Below are positions 1 to 8,212 of a DNA stretch of 32,000 nucleotides, piece after piece (the stretch's first letter is position 1; every line of letters begins with the position of its first letter). The DNA is from Verrucomicrobiota bacterium (GTDB taxonomy: Bacteria; Verrucomicrobiota; Verrucomicrobiia; Chthoniobacterales; UBA6821). Where the stretch lies: positions 1-32,000 of the forward strand of contig WBXG01000013.1 in assembly GCA_008932965.1 (NCBI GenBank), in the 5' to 3' direction. A program made the translations under genes and the position numbers. Under the pieces are notes generated by a model. The model did no database searches. It was not told the origin of the DNA and worked only from the letters and a program-made list of their open reading frames with translations.

Positions 1-89
1 ATACTGTCCAAATCACAATTCGAGACCAACGCAGTAATGATGAGCTTTCCACAAGCCGTAATAGATTTAGTGTGAAATATCCGGGTTAA
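1..89. mobile_element. MITE-like palindromic element, subfamily B-prime, truncated by the window edge
   Basis: Ends in the terminal repeat GTGTGAAATATCCGGG followed by TTAA. Manual alignment shows it is the reverse complement of 19549-19637, with 87 of 89 positions identical. Confidence 0.85.
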
Positions 90-188
90 AGCCAGGGCAG
101 TCTCCACCGCGGTCTTCCGACCGCCGGTGGTGTCTACATCAGGATTCGCCGTGCCTCGCGACGAACCAGTATGAAATATGCGGGTTAA
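86..188. mobile_element. A-module repeat: one MITE arm with terminal repeat, joined to a 45-nt GC-rich hairpin module
   Basis: Bounded by TTAA (86-89) and TTAA (185-188). The right end CAGTATGAAATATGCGGG is the family terminal repeat. The internal stem-loop is CCACCGCGGTC-ttcc-GACCGCCGGTGG (104-130). It is the reverse complement of 19450-19552 with about 11 mismatches in 103 by manual alignment. Confidence 0.8.
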
Positions 189-227
189 TGCAAAAGCTTT
201 GACACAGTTCCGTTATTGAATATTAAT

Positions 228-251
228 AAGTCCGGTCATTTCATACTCTAG
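228..251. repeat. Solo terminal-repeat-like remnant of the MITE family
   Basis: AAGTCCGGTCATTTCATACTCTAG resembles TTAACCCGGATATTTCATACTGA. No partner repeat lies nearby. Confidence 0.35.
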
Positions 252-449
252 TGCATTCAGTAGAGAGGGAGCATTAGGAGTGATGAATTTTTCTTAGGAT
301 AAGGACAAGGATTTCAGCGCAACAATGGCTGTATCAGCACCTGCTACTTAGGAGCGATTCAAACCTGATGCAGCATACAAAAGGTTCCTGCCTGGCATGA
401 AATAGTACGACTCAGCAAGTTGATTGCAGGAGGCCTACATAAAAAATTT

Positions 450-539
450 GGAGGGGTGGTAGAGTGGTTTATTGCACCGGTCTTGAAAACCGGAGAGGTG
501 TTAAAGCCTCCGTGGGTTCGAATCCCACCTCCTCCACCA
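450..539 (+). tRNA. tRNA-Ser (anticodon UGA), with encoded CCA
   Basis: Hand-folded cloverleaf. Acceptor stem GGAGGGG/CTCCTCC. D stem GTA/TGC. Anticodon stem CCGGT/ACCGG with loop CTTGAAA (anticodon TGA). Long variable arm GAGG-tgttaaag-CCTC. T arm GTGGG-TTCGAAT-CCCAC. Discriminator A followed by CCA. The layout parallels E. coli tRNA-Ser(UGA). Confidence 0.93.
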
Positions 540-581
540 TTCGGTTATTCCTTTCAAGAGTGGAGTGAATCATTCATTCCT

Positions 582-683
582 CTAGCCCGCATATTTCATA
601 CTGATTCCTTGCGAGGTGCCGCGAATCCTGATGGGGCACCACCGGCGGTCAGGAGACCGCGGGGGAGACTGCCCTGGCTTTAA
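582..683. mobile_element. A-module repeat, same orientation as 19450-19552
   Basis: Starts with CTAG followed by CCCGCATATTTCATACTGAT. Contains the GC-rich hairpin CCACCGGCGGTC-agga-GACCGCGGGGG. Ends in GCCCTGGCTTTAA. Confidence 0.8.
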
Positions 684-855
684 GTGGGCAGCCCTAAAAG
701 GGCGAGACGAGCGGGAGCGAGCAAGTCAACGCAGGCGAGCATTTTGATGCAGGGCTGTATGTGTACATACTGTCCAAATCAAAATGTGAGTCTAACGCAG
801 CATCGATCTGACTTCTCGGCTTACGCAGTAGATCGGTATGAAATATCCGGGCTAG
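680..855. mobile_element. MITE-like element, subfamily B, with a degenerate left terminal repeat
   Basis: The interior (GCAGGCGAGCATTTTGATGCAGG...CAAATCAAAATG...GACTTCTCGGCTTACGCAGTAGATCGGTATGAAATATCCGGG) aligns with the copy at 14241-14424. The right flank is CTAG (852-855), matching CTAG at 582-585. Confidence 0.8.
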
Positions 856-942
856 GTTACCCATTTTACTACCATGTTTCTTAGCTTGGCAGCTGTAACA
901 CTCTGGAAAAGGGTATGACAGAGAGTCATTTTTTAATAAGAA

Positions 943-1209
943 CTACTCCAAAGCACGACTTTGGTCATTCATTTCGTGAGGTGCACAAACAAAGAGTTTA
1001 TCTAATATACGATCTGCAATCATCAATGCTCTCATCATGGCCTCCAAGCATTTGACTTTTCCTTGATCTTTTTCATCTTTGAGTTTCACCTCGGTTTCTT
1101 GACGCAGAGAGATAACACGGTCGCGCAGAGTCAAGCGATACTTACCACTATGATCATTTTGAAGAGATTCCCCCATCTCCATGATCTGTTTTTTTTTGTT
1201 ATTAATCAT
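943..1209 (-). CDS. Small, probably helical hypothetical protein (88 aa) at the last position of the sctV-sctD block, possibly a YscE/CdsE-position protein
   Basis: ATG-initiated ORF co-oriented with sctD and 66 nt downstream of it. It is charged and has coiled-coil-like composition. No motif was recognised and its C-terminus does not resemble a needle protein. The functional guess rests on position only. Confidence 0.45.
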   Translation of the reverse strand: MINNKKKQIMEMGESLQNDHSGKYRLTLRDRVISLRQETEVKLKDEKDQGKVKCLEAMMRALMIADRILDKLFVCAPHEMNDQSRALE

Positions 1210-1275
1210 AAGTTTTTAGGATTTTTTATTGTAAGCCTATTGTTACGCAATCAAACAAAAAAGATAATACCCGGA

Positions 1276-2697
1276 CTAGGGAGACTCATCACTAATATTC
1301 AATTCCGGAATTGATGACTGTCCGTTGAGTGGAATAGTTTTTTTGTCACCATGATTGATTAATTGGATTCCATTCCGAGTGATTGAATCGACCGTATATC
1401 CGTTATTCGTTTTTGCTCCAGGAAAAATACGTTCTCCATTGCCAAGAATTGCATAAGGGGAGGAAGAGATTGATATTGAAACAACTGGGGCATTAAAAAA
1501 ACCATATATCTTACTAGGAGCCGCACCAACGGTAACCATATTTAAGAATTTAACATTATCATGAAATTCTTCTTTGAGTTTTTTCAAGACCTCTTCCCAT
1601 CGAATGCTATCCCCCATCCCAATAGTGCCAGTGAGTGTAATATTTTGTCGTTCTGGAGTTGAGGTAATATTACCAAAATAGTTTTTTGTTAATATTTCAC
1701 GAACATGCTTGATTGCCTCATCTCCTAAAACAATATGAAATTCTTGCTCTGTGATTGCAGGCAAATCTCTTTCGATCTGTTTTTTCATGGCATCATAGAG
1801 CTCTTGATTAGGAAGGTAGCCACTCCATGTCACGTTCCCAGTGGAATCATCTACGGCAACTGAAACAGCTAAGTTCATCGCTTGCATCATCGCAAGACCA
1901 CTATCATCAATATTACCAATATTGATGATATTGCAGACGATAGAAACATTTGCCTCATTCATTGTTTTGCGAACATAGTCACTCTGCATTTGATCATGCA
2001 CATAGATGTAGAGAAGAGATGTTCCATTTCTTTCCACAACCTTGATTTTGTTTTTTGGAAATTTTTTTTCCAGCTCCTTGGCAGTGACTTCAGCAGCAAT
2101 TCTCTGTTCTTTGACTCTTTCCTGATCTTCCTTATCAAATGATGTGGGTTGAAAAGAGTTTTGTGGAACCATGAGATTCTTGTGTGCAATAATTCTAAAA
2201 AGCACCACCCCCATAAAAAGACAAGCCCCTACAATGATAAGAATAGCAATGGAAATATTAGAAAAGGGCCGTTTATTTTGAGATGGTGAGTTTGATCCTA
2301 CTGCAGGTGGCTCCGGTAAAGTCTCCGGTGGACTTTCTGGAGCAACTAATCCAATTTCTTGCATTTCAGGAATCTTAACTGGTGGCCAAAGCTGCTCGCT
2401 AGGCCCTCCAGTGAGATGGGTACTACCAAGCGTTAAAACATCACCTAATGTTAGTAAAGCCTGCTTCTCTAACACCTGAACTCCATTAATAAAAAAAATC
2501 CCATCTCTTGGAATGATATCAAACCCCTCCTCTTTCTCCTTCTTAATTTGACAATGAATGGGGGCAATATGAGGGTCGTTAAGAACCAGATCGCTCTCCA
2601 ATGAAGTGCCTATAGTAATTTCCTTGGATACCATGATCTGAGCTCCTGCATTTGGGCCATTCAATACTTTGAGGAGCCAAGGTTTTGCTGCATTCAT
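1276..2697 (-). CDS. sctD: T3SS inner-membrane ring protein SctD (YscD-like) with an N-terminal FHA-like domain
   Basis: The N-terminus (WLLKVLNGPNAG...DLVLNDPHIAPIHCQI) matches the FHA-like pattern of YscD (DIVLSD..IAPVH). It has a single TM segment (ISIAILIIVGACLFMGVVLF) and then a ~300-aa periplasmic region. The ATG lies 11 nt after the sctV stop. Confidence 0.8.
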   Translation of the reverse strand: MNAAKPWLLKVLNGPNAGAQIMVSKEITIGTSLESDLVLNDPHIAPIHCQIKKEKEEGFDIIPRDGIFFINGVQVLEKQALLTLGDVLTLGSTHLTGGPSEQLWPPVKIPEMQEIGLVAPESPPETLPEPPAVGSNSPSQNKRPFSNISIAILIIVGACLFMGVVLFRIIAHKNLMVPQNSFQPTSFDKEDQERVKEQRIAAEVTAKELEKKFPKNKIKVVERNGTSLLYIYVHDQMQSDYVRKTMNEANVSIVCNIINIGNIDDSGLAMMQAMNLAVSVAVDDSTGNVTWSGYLPNQELYDAMKKQIERDLPAITEQEFHIVLGDEAIKHVREILTKNYFGNITSTPERQNITLTGTIGMGDSIRWEEVLKKLKEEFHDNVKFLNMVTVGAAPSKIYGFFNAPVVSISISSSPYAILGNGERIFPGAKTNNGYTVDSITRNGIQLINHGDKKTIPLNGQSSIPELNISDESP

Positions 2698-2708
2698 GAT
2701 ATCATCTG

Positions 2709-4826
2709 TTAGTTAATACCTATACGACCTAGAGGCTGTATATTAATTTCCTCTGTTAATTCTTGATGGGAAAGCACAGTGAGTTGTGGAATTTCGAGTT
2801 CAATGAGTTTTTTCATGTAACGACGTACATCCATGGAAGAGATAAGAACAGGGGGGCGTTCTTTATTCGCAATATCACCTACCTGTTCCTTAACAGCATT
2901 AACAAGTTTTTTGCTAACCACAGGATCCATTGCTAAAAAACTTCCAGCAGAAGTTTGTCGAATTGATTTTCTGATTTGTTCCTCAGCGCTCGGCTCCAAG
3001 ATATAGGCCACAAGAACATTTCTACCACCGCTGAAATGATAGCTAATATAGCGGCGCAAGGCAATTCGTACATATTCCGTTAATAATAACACATCTTTTT
3101 CTTTGGGAGCCCATTCAATAAGTGCTTGGAAAATAGTGCGTAAATTTCTGATAGAAATTTCTTCCTGAACCAAGCGTTGTAAGACCTCTGCAATTTTCGT
3201 TGGTGGCAACACCCGCTGCACCTCACGAACAACCTCAACATTATCTGCTTCCATTTGGGAGAGAAGCGTTCTGGTTTCCTGTAGGCCGATGAAATCAGCA
3301 GCATATTTTTTCAATACAAGCGAAATATGAAAACTCAATAGTTTCGGAGAATCCATCCCGCTTAATCCAATTTGTTGAAGTAATTGTTGTTGAGCAATAG
3401 GCACCCAGACTGCAGGAACTTGATCAGGAGGTGTTTCAACAGGTTCAAAAGGAATATGAAATGCTAATAGGTGCTCCTGGCTTTCTCGAACATAGAGATA
3501 TTCAGGCCGAAGAACTCCCGAAGACATCGGCACTTCCTGCAAAAGAAGTTGATATTCTCCCTTTTTAAAATTTTCATTAAATCGCAAATGAATCCCTGGA
3601 AATGGGACACCTAAATCATGATAGAGGGCACGTCTCACTTGAACGAGCTCTGTATTGAGGGCATCTGGAGAAATGAATTCTTGAATAGCAGCATCCACTT
3701 CAAGCAAAACCGGAACAGTAATTGAAAATTCTTCTTCATGTGAGGCCTCTTTTGTTTCATCAGCAGAGGATTCTCCAGGAGGAGTAGCTGCTTTTTTAGA
3801 GCCTGGAGAGAGCAATAATGAACCTCCTTTTTTTAGGAGAGGGAGGGGACCTCGCTCCAGCATATACCCAAGCACAAGAACAATAATTGATAATAAGCCA
3901 AACTGAATTTTGGGAAAACCTGGAACAATTGCAAAAAATAATAAAATCGTTCCTGCAATCATCAATGCTTTGGGAATTGCTAGCACTTGGCCAAAAATAT
4001 CTGAACCCAATCCTGTTTTTTCCTCAGAACCAACACGCGTTACAATAATTCCTGCAGTAATCGTGATCAGCAATCCAGGAATTTGGGAAACTAAGGCATC
4101 TCCGATCGATAAAATAGAGTAGGTTTCAACGGCCCTGCCAATCACCATTTTCTTTTGTAAAATTCCAATTGTAATTCCAGCAATAATATTAATCGAAACA
4201 ATAATTAATGTCGCAATAGCATCTCCCTTAACAAACTTCATAGCACCATCCATCGAACCAAAAACCTGACTCTCTTTTTCTACATTGTGACGCCTTTTTT
4301 GTGCTTCCTTAATATCGATCACTCCGGCCCGCATATCAGCATCAATACTCATCTGTTTACCTGGCATCGCATCCAAAGTAAAACGTGCAGCTACCTCTGC
4401 AACTCGCTCTGCACCTTTGGTTACGACAATGAACTGAACTACAAGGAGAATCATCCACACAACAACACCAACAACAAAATTTCCTCCTACCACAAAATTA
4501 CCGAACGCATAAATTATTTCTCCTGCATAACCATCCAATAGAATCATTCGTGTTGATGTAATATTAAGCGATAACCGAAACAACGTTGTAATTAAGAGCA
4601 AACTTGGGAACGTTGAAAAGGCTAATACATTAGGAACATAAAGCGCCATCATGAGCATCACGATAGAGATCGTGAGATTCAGTGAAATCAATGAATCCAG
4701 AAGCCATGGAGGTACAGGCAGGATGAAAAGCCCGATAATGGCAACAATCAGAAATGCTATATAGAAATCTCCGAATTTCTTAGAACGTGTAATCCAACTG
4801 TGAAATTGTTCTAAAAATTCGTTCAT
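2709..4826 (-). CDS. sctV: T3SS export gate protein SctV (LcrD/YscV, FHIPEP family)
   Basis: 705 aa. Motifs include VVTKGAERVAEVAARFTLDAMPGKQMSIDADMRAG, GSMDGAMKFVKGDAIA, RRALYHDLGVPFPGIHLRFNE and a C-terminal INIQPLGRI, which closely resemble LcrD as recalled. Confidence 0.97.
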   Translation of the reverse strand: MNEFLEQFHSWITRSKKFGDFYIAFLIVAIIGLFILPVPPWLLDSLISLNLTISIVMLMMALYVPNVLAFSTFPSLLLITTLFRLSLNITSTRMILLDGYAGEIIYAFGNFVVGGNFVVGVVVWMILLVVQFIVVTKGAERVAEVAARFTLDAMPGKQMSIDADMRAGVIDIKEAQKRRHNVEKESQVFGSMDGAMKFVKGDAIATLIIVSINIIAGITIGILQKKMVIGRAVETYSILSIGDALVSQIPGLLITITAGIIVTRVGSEEKTGLGSDIFGQVLAIPKALMIAGTILLFFAIVPGFPKIQFGLLSIIVLVLGYMLERGPLPLLKKGGSLLLSPGSKKAATPPGESSADETKEASHEEEFSITVPVLLEVDAAIQEFISPDALNTELVQVRRALYHDLGVPFPGIHLRFNENFKKGEYQLLLQEVPMSSGVLRPEYLYVRESQEHLLAFHIPFEPVETPPDQVPAVWVPIAQQQLLQQIGLSGMDSPKLLSFHISLVLKKYAADFIGLQETRTLLSQMEADNVEVVREVQRVLPPTKIAEVLQRLVQEEISIRNLRTIFQALIEWAPKEKDVLLLTEYVRIALRRYISYHFSGGRNVLVAYILEPSAEEQIRKSIRQTSAGSFLAMDPVVSKKLVNAVKEQVGDIANKERPPVLISSMDVRRYMKKLIELEIPQLTVLSHQELTEEINIQPLGRIGIN

Positions 4827-4857
4827 GAGCCGATAATCTTGGTTTTTCTAGAAAAAA

Positions 4858-5238
4858 TCATACTTTAAGATTTAGAAGTTTTCTGAGACTTAAAAATTCA
4901 GCTATAGCATGAGAGGAATCCTCCAGGCGCTGAAGGCGCATTAAAACCCGACCTAGAAGAAGAAATGTTGCAGCTCGTTCCTCTTGATCCATACTCATAT
5001 TTAAACTATTTTCCAAGATCTCCTTCGCCTCCTCCATGTTGCCAGACTCCATTTCACTACGTGCTAACGACCTTAGAAGGCGACTATCACTAGGTCTCAA
5101 TTTAATTAAAAGACGTAAATAGTGACGTGCCCTTTCTGGTTTTCCATAAACCATATAAAAATAGCTGAGCAAATCCAACAAAGCATGTAATCGCTCTCTA
5201 TTGGGGGAATGCTTTTCTTGCGTCATAGTAATATTCAC
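4858..5238 (-). CDS. sctY: Small TPR-like T3SS chaperone, YscY (SctY)-like
   Basis: 126 aa with a GTG start. The N-terminus MNITMTQEK resembles the recalled YscY N-terminus MNITLTKRQ. It has helical TPR-like repeats and lies immediately upstream of sctV, as in yscX-yscY-yscV. An alternative ATG start is at 5226. Confidence 0.6.
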   Translation of the reverse strand: MNITMTQEKHSPNRERLHALLDLLSYFYMVYGKPERARHYLRLLIKLRPSDSRLLRSLARSEMESGNMEEAKEILENSLNMSMDQEERAATFLLLGRVLMRLQRLEDSSHAIAEFLSLRKLLNLKV

Positions 5239-5276
5239 TTTGAGATTAAAAGAATTTTTGCGAAACAGACCACTCT

Positions 5277-5717
5277 TTATCCTCCGAGAATAGTTCTTCT
5301 AAGGGCAGCAAGAAGTTCGTGATTCATAACCTCCTCAAGTAACATCTCTTTGACGCAACCAATTTCGTGCATCGGGGCAATTCCTTGTGCAGAACTTAAT
5401 AGTGATGAGCCATCTGCAATAAGCGACTTGAGCGACTCTTGAGCAAGAACCTTGAGCGTCTCCGCAGGGAGTGCTAAAGAACTTAATTCAAGATTCTCTA
5501 ATTCATTTCCACGAAATAGCTCCTGTAATTTACTCAAAACAGGAGCATCACCCATGAGAGGAGAGAGCTCTTCAGTTGGAAGTTTTTCAGGACGAGACTG
5601 AGGTAAGAGTGTTAATCCACCTTCTCTAAAATCAAAGGGGGAAATTCTTTTAAGCTCCATTATAAAAACGGTAATGAGAAGTGATTCAGTGAGGCAAGGA
5701 TTTAATCTATCAATCAC
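5277..5717 (-). CDS. Hypothetical T3SS-associated protein in the YscX (SctX) position
   Basis: The ORF lies between the SycN-like and YscY-like genes. Its GTG start overlaps the upstream stop (GTGA). An alternative ATG at 5660 would give 127 aa, close to the YscX size. The assignment rests on synteny only. Confidence 0.45.
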   Translation of the reverse strand: MIDRLNPCLTESLLITVFIMELKRISPFDFREGGLTLLPQSRPEKLPTEELSPLMGDAPVLSKLQELFRGNELENLELSSLALPAETLKVLAQESLKSLIADGSSLLSSAQGIAPMHEIGCVKEMLLEEVMNHELLAALRRTILGG

Positions 5718-6085
5718 AAACTTTCAAACACCTGGCTCATCAGTTCTGTGAGAGAATCTAGTGCATTTGATAGCACAGAAGGGTCAATTTCTTGCTCTTC
5801 GAAGATAAAGTAGAATCCTAGGATATCGTCATGAAGCTGAGCGTGCAGAGGCTTAATTCTAGGTTCTTTAAAATGAGCACGAGCTAAGATTTTCCGAGCA
5901 TTTAGCAAGTATGGATTTTCTACTTTTTTGCTTAGACCTATAAGAAAGTGAGGTGCTTTATGATCAAGCTGAAGAGTGCCAATGCTATCAATGATTAAAT
6001 TTAAACTTGCTCCTTCTTCCATCGATACACCGGAAAGACCATACTGTTGACAAAACTGTTGAACGGCATCTGTAATCATAGTCAT
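5714..6085 (-). CDS. sycN: Class I T3SS chaperone, SycN-like (gatekeeper chaperone)
   Basis: 123 aa, acidic, the same length as SycN. The N-terminal pattern I..FCQ..GL.....L.L......GTLQL parallels SycN as recalled. It is the first gene downstream of sctW. Confidence 0.6.
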   Translation of the reverse strand: MTMITDAVQQFCQQYGLSGVSMEEGASLNLIIDSIGTLQLDHKAPHFLIGLSKKVENPYLLNARKILARAHFKEPRIKPLHAQLHDDILGFYFIFEEQEIDPSVLSNALDSLTELMSQVFESL

Positions 6086-6170
6086 TGATATAAAGAGTGT
6101 TGATCACTCTATTCTTAATTAAAGTTTGCTGGAAGCCTCTCTATGAACTCCAATCTAAATGGTAAAGGGT

Positions 6171-6197
6171 TCACCTGAATATTTCATCCTAATTCTG
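6171..6197. repeat. Solo terminal-repeat-like fragment abutting a full MITE copy
   Basis: TTCACCTGAATATTTCATCCTAATTCTG resembles the terminal repeat. It shares the variant ATATTTCATCCTAA with the remnant at 8063. Confidence 0.4.
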
Positions 6198-6380
6198 CTA
6201 ACCCGGATATTTCATGCTTATCTTGACTAAGAGGCCGCGAAGGCTGATGGAAGAGGGCACGTGATGAAGTCTGAGGACGGCTGTAGTAGTCCCTACTGGC
6301 CGAGGAAGACTTCGAACTCAAGCAGCATCGACCCTTGCTTTCAACCACCACAGGTGATCAGTATGAAATATCTAGGCTAA
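6198..6380. mobile_element. MITE-like element, subfamily B, full length
   Basis: Left end CTAA+CCCGGATATTTCATGC and right end CAGTATGAAATATCTAGG+CTAA. The flanking CTAA is a direct repeat, not an inverted one, which argues for a target-site duplication. It lies 25 nt downstream of the sctW stop. Confidence 0.85.
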
Positions 6381-6405
6381 GGCTTTAAAAGCTTATTACC
6401 CTCTC

Positions 6406-7602
6406 TCACGCGATCTCACTCTCTCGAGCAATGGCAGAATCTAAGGAGCATTGTATCGCTCTTAAGCAATTTTCTCGATTAGCGTCACTAGGAAAGATTC
6501 TTTCTGGAAAAAGCCTCATCATTTCATAAATACGAGTTAGGAATTCAATGGAGAGTTGAAGTGGGGGAACAGAAAATTTTTCTGCAATACGCAAAAACTC
6601 ATCATCTAGAAGTGTCTCTTTGGTCACACGCGTCAATATTTCATTGATGAGTAGAGAAGGTTTCACAGGAATAACAGGGTTATTCATATTCATTTTTGTG
6701 AGCATTTGAAGAAATGAACGGTATGCATTACGAAAAAATTCTATTTGACACAAGCCGTCCATAACACTTTTTAAAAATGAAGGTTCTAGAGAGGGAGCAT
6801 TGGACTTTAATTCTGCTGCTAATGATTTCAAAAGAAACTCTAATGCCTTCTCAAGGCGCTCCTGGCCTTCTTTTCCATCTGGCTCTTCCCCTTGTCCCTG
6901 CTTATTTTTTTTCTTGTTTTTATCCCTCTTCACTCGATCTAATTCCGGAAAAGAATTCATGATAGTGCGATAGTTCGTTACTAAATCTTGATTGCTAAAA
7001 ACGACCTGACAGTAAAAATCTCTGAGTGCAGCTACAAGATCGGCCTCATCCCCTATTGTTGATGCGGCAATTTGAGAAATATTGTATCCAGCTCGAATTT
7101 CAGCTCCATTAGACTCATCCAAATCACTCAGAATTTGTTCTAATAATTCCTTAAGCAAGGGATCATCTAATTGGCTTTCAAGAACCTTAATAGCACCTTT
7201 GAGCGCTGCACTTTTTAAGGTGGGATCATCAAACAGAGAATCTAATGTTTGCTTGATCTCATCATAACTTCCGCCTCGTTGACTCCTTCTAATTTGAGCC
7301 ATAAATTTTTTAAAATTAGGAGATTCGGAGAATTCTTCAAAATCAGGAAGGCTTTCTTGCTCATCCTCAAATGCATTTTTCTCCTTTTTTTGAGAAGTGC
7401 TTTTGAGTTCGACTTTGCTGCTTGAGGCAGATTGCCCCCCACGATCATCACCCTCATCATGAATTCCAAACTCAATATTATCATCAGCACGAGATTTTTT
7501 AATTTCCTTACCTCGATACAGCCCTACACCCTGTAAATCAGCAGTGTCGATTTCACCCCCTACAGGCCTTGATACACGAGCTTGAACCCTCGGATTCATC
7601 AT
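6406..7602 (-). CDS. sctW: T3SS gatekeeper SctW (fused YopN/TyeA type, CopN/MxiC/InvE family)
   Basis: 398 aa. It has a disordered N-terminal secretion-signal-like region. The central region NGAEIRAGYNISQIA...LRDFYCQVV matches the HrpJ/YopN domain pattern. The length equals YopN plus TyeA. It is followed by the SycN-like chaperone gene. Confidence 0.8.
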   Translation of the reverse strand: MMNPRVQARVSRPVGGEIDTADLQGVGLYRGKEIKKSRADDNIEFGIHDEGDDRGGQSASSSKVELKSTSQKKEKNAFEDEQESLPDFEEFSESPNFKKFMAQIRRSQRGGSYDEIKQTLDSLFDDPTLKSAALKGAIKVLESQLDDPLLKELLEQILSDLDESNGAEIRAGYNISQIAASTIGDEADLVAALRDFYCQVVFSNQDLVTNYRTIMNSFPELDRVKRDKNKKKNKQGQGEEPDGKEGQERLEKALEFLLKSLAAELKSNAPSLEPSFLKSVMDGLCQIEFFRNAYRSFLQMLTKMNMNNPVIPVKPSLLINEILTRVTKETLLDDEFLRIAEKFSVPPLQLSIEFLTRIYEMMRLFPERIFPSDANRENCLRAIQCSLDSAIARESEIA

Positions 7603-7605
7603 CTC

Positions 7606-7995
7606 TTAAGGACTCACTATTTTTGTGATCTGAAGAGAGGGGACTCCCTCCACCAAAATTAAATCGGCTTGAGCAATAGTTTTTTCTTGAAGCATCACGG
7701 ATGCTTCAAATTGAGAACCTCCAAGAGAAATCACTTTTCCCTCTACAAGGGAGTTGAGCTCCTCCATAGGAATCATTTGATTTCCTAATACAAAAGATAA
7801 TTCCACTTTCAATTGGAGGGAGGTGCTAGGCTCTTTTGATAATTCTTGAGGTGCTACTTCCTTTGGAGGTGAGGTTATTATCTGAGGCTTGACCTCAGGT
7901 GATTCTATTTCAGTAGAAGTTTCCTTACTCTTCAATAAAACCTCATCTGGTAATTGTTCTACTAATTCTGGTTTTGTATCATCAGGATTTGCCAT
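7606..7995 (-). CDS. Stand-alone SpoA (FliN/SctQ C-terminal) domain protein
   Basis: 129 aa. The C-terminal ~75 aa (LKVELSFVLGNQMIPMEELNSLVEGKVISLGG...IAQADLILVEGVPSLQITKIV) fit the FliN/SpoA pattern. The N-terminal half is Pro/Glu/Lys-rich and looks disordered. Its stop lies 3 nt before the sctW start. Confidence 0.75.
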   Translation of the reverse strand: MANPDDTKPELVEQLPDEVLLKSKETSTEIESPEVKPQIITSPPKEVAPQELSKEPSTSLQLKVELSFVLGNQMIPMEELNSLVEGKVISLGGSQFEASVMLQEKTIAQADLILVEGVPSLQITKIVSP

Positions 7996-8062
7996 GCGCT
8001 AACAAATATCTCACTTTCTTCAAGAGGTCAAAAATTATAGTCAAATTACTCATCTCGGATAA

Positions 8063-8125
8063 CTAACCCAGATATTTCATCCTAAATCGTTATGAGTCGT
8101 CACATAGCCAGATTGAGGACCAATA
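8063..8125. repeat. Degenerate left arm of a MITE-family element
   Basis: CTAA+CCCAGATATTTCATCCTAAATCGTTATGAGTCGTCAC...AGCCAGATTGAGG parallels the left arm (CCCGGATATTTCATACTGAATCGTCATGAGGCGCCGC...CCTGATG). No right terminal repeat was found. The right boundary is approximate. Confidence 0.5.
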
Positions 8126-8212
8126 GGGGTCGTGAGATAACGCTGGGATCGCTCCTAACTTCACCAATAGCCGTTTGACTATCGGACTCAAAACACGATT
8201 TTCAAACCTCTT

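Noticed and set aside
420-884. Tracked ORFs 420-683 (87 aa) and 684-884 (66 aa)
   Set aside because: The first starts at a TTG, reads straight through the tRNA-Ser gene and continues into an A-module repeat. The second lies wholly inside a B-type repeat. Peptides such as RIFHTDS are simply the terminal repeat translated, so these ORFs are not credible genes.
915-935. Hairpin ATGAC-agaga-GTCAT followed by a T-run, considered as a rho-independent terminator
   Set aside because: The stem is only 5 bp and AT-rich. The T-run is on the plus strand, where no gene ends nearby, and on the minus strand no U-tract follows the hairpin. This is too weak to call.
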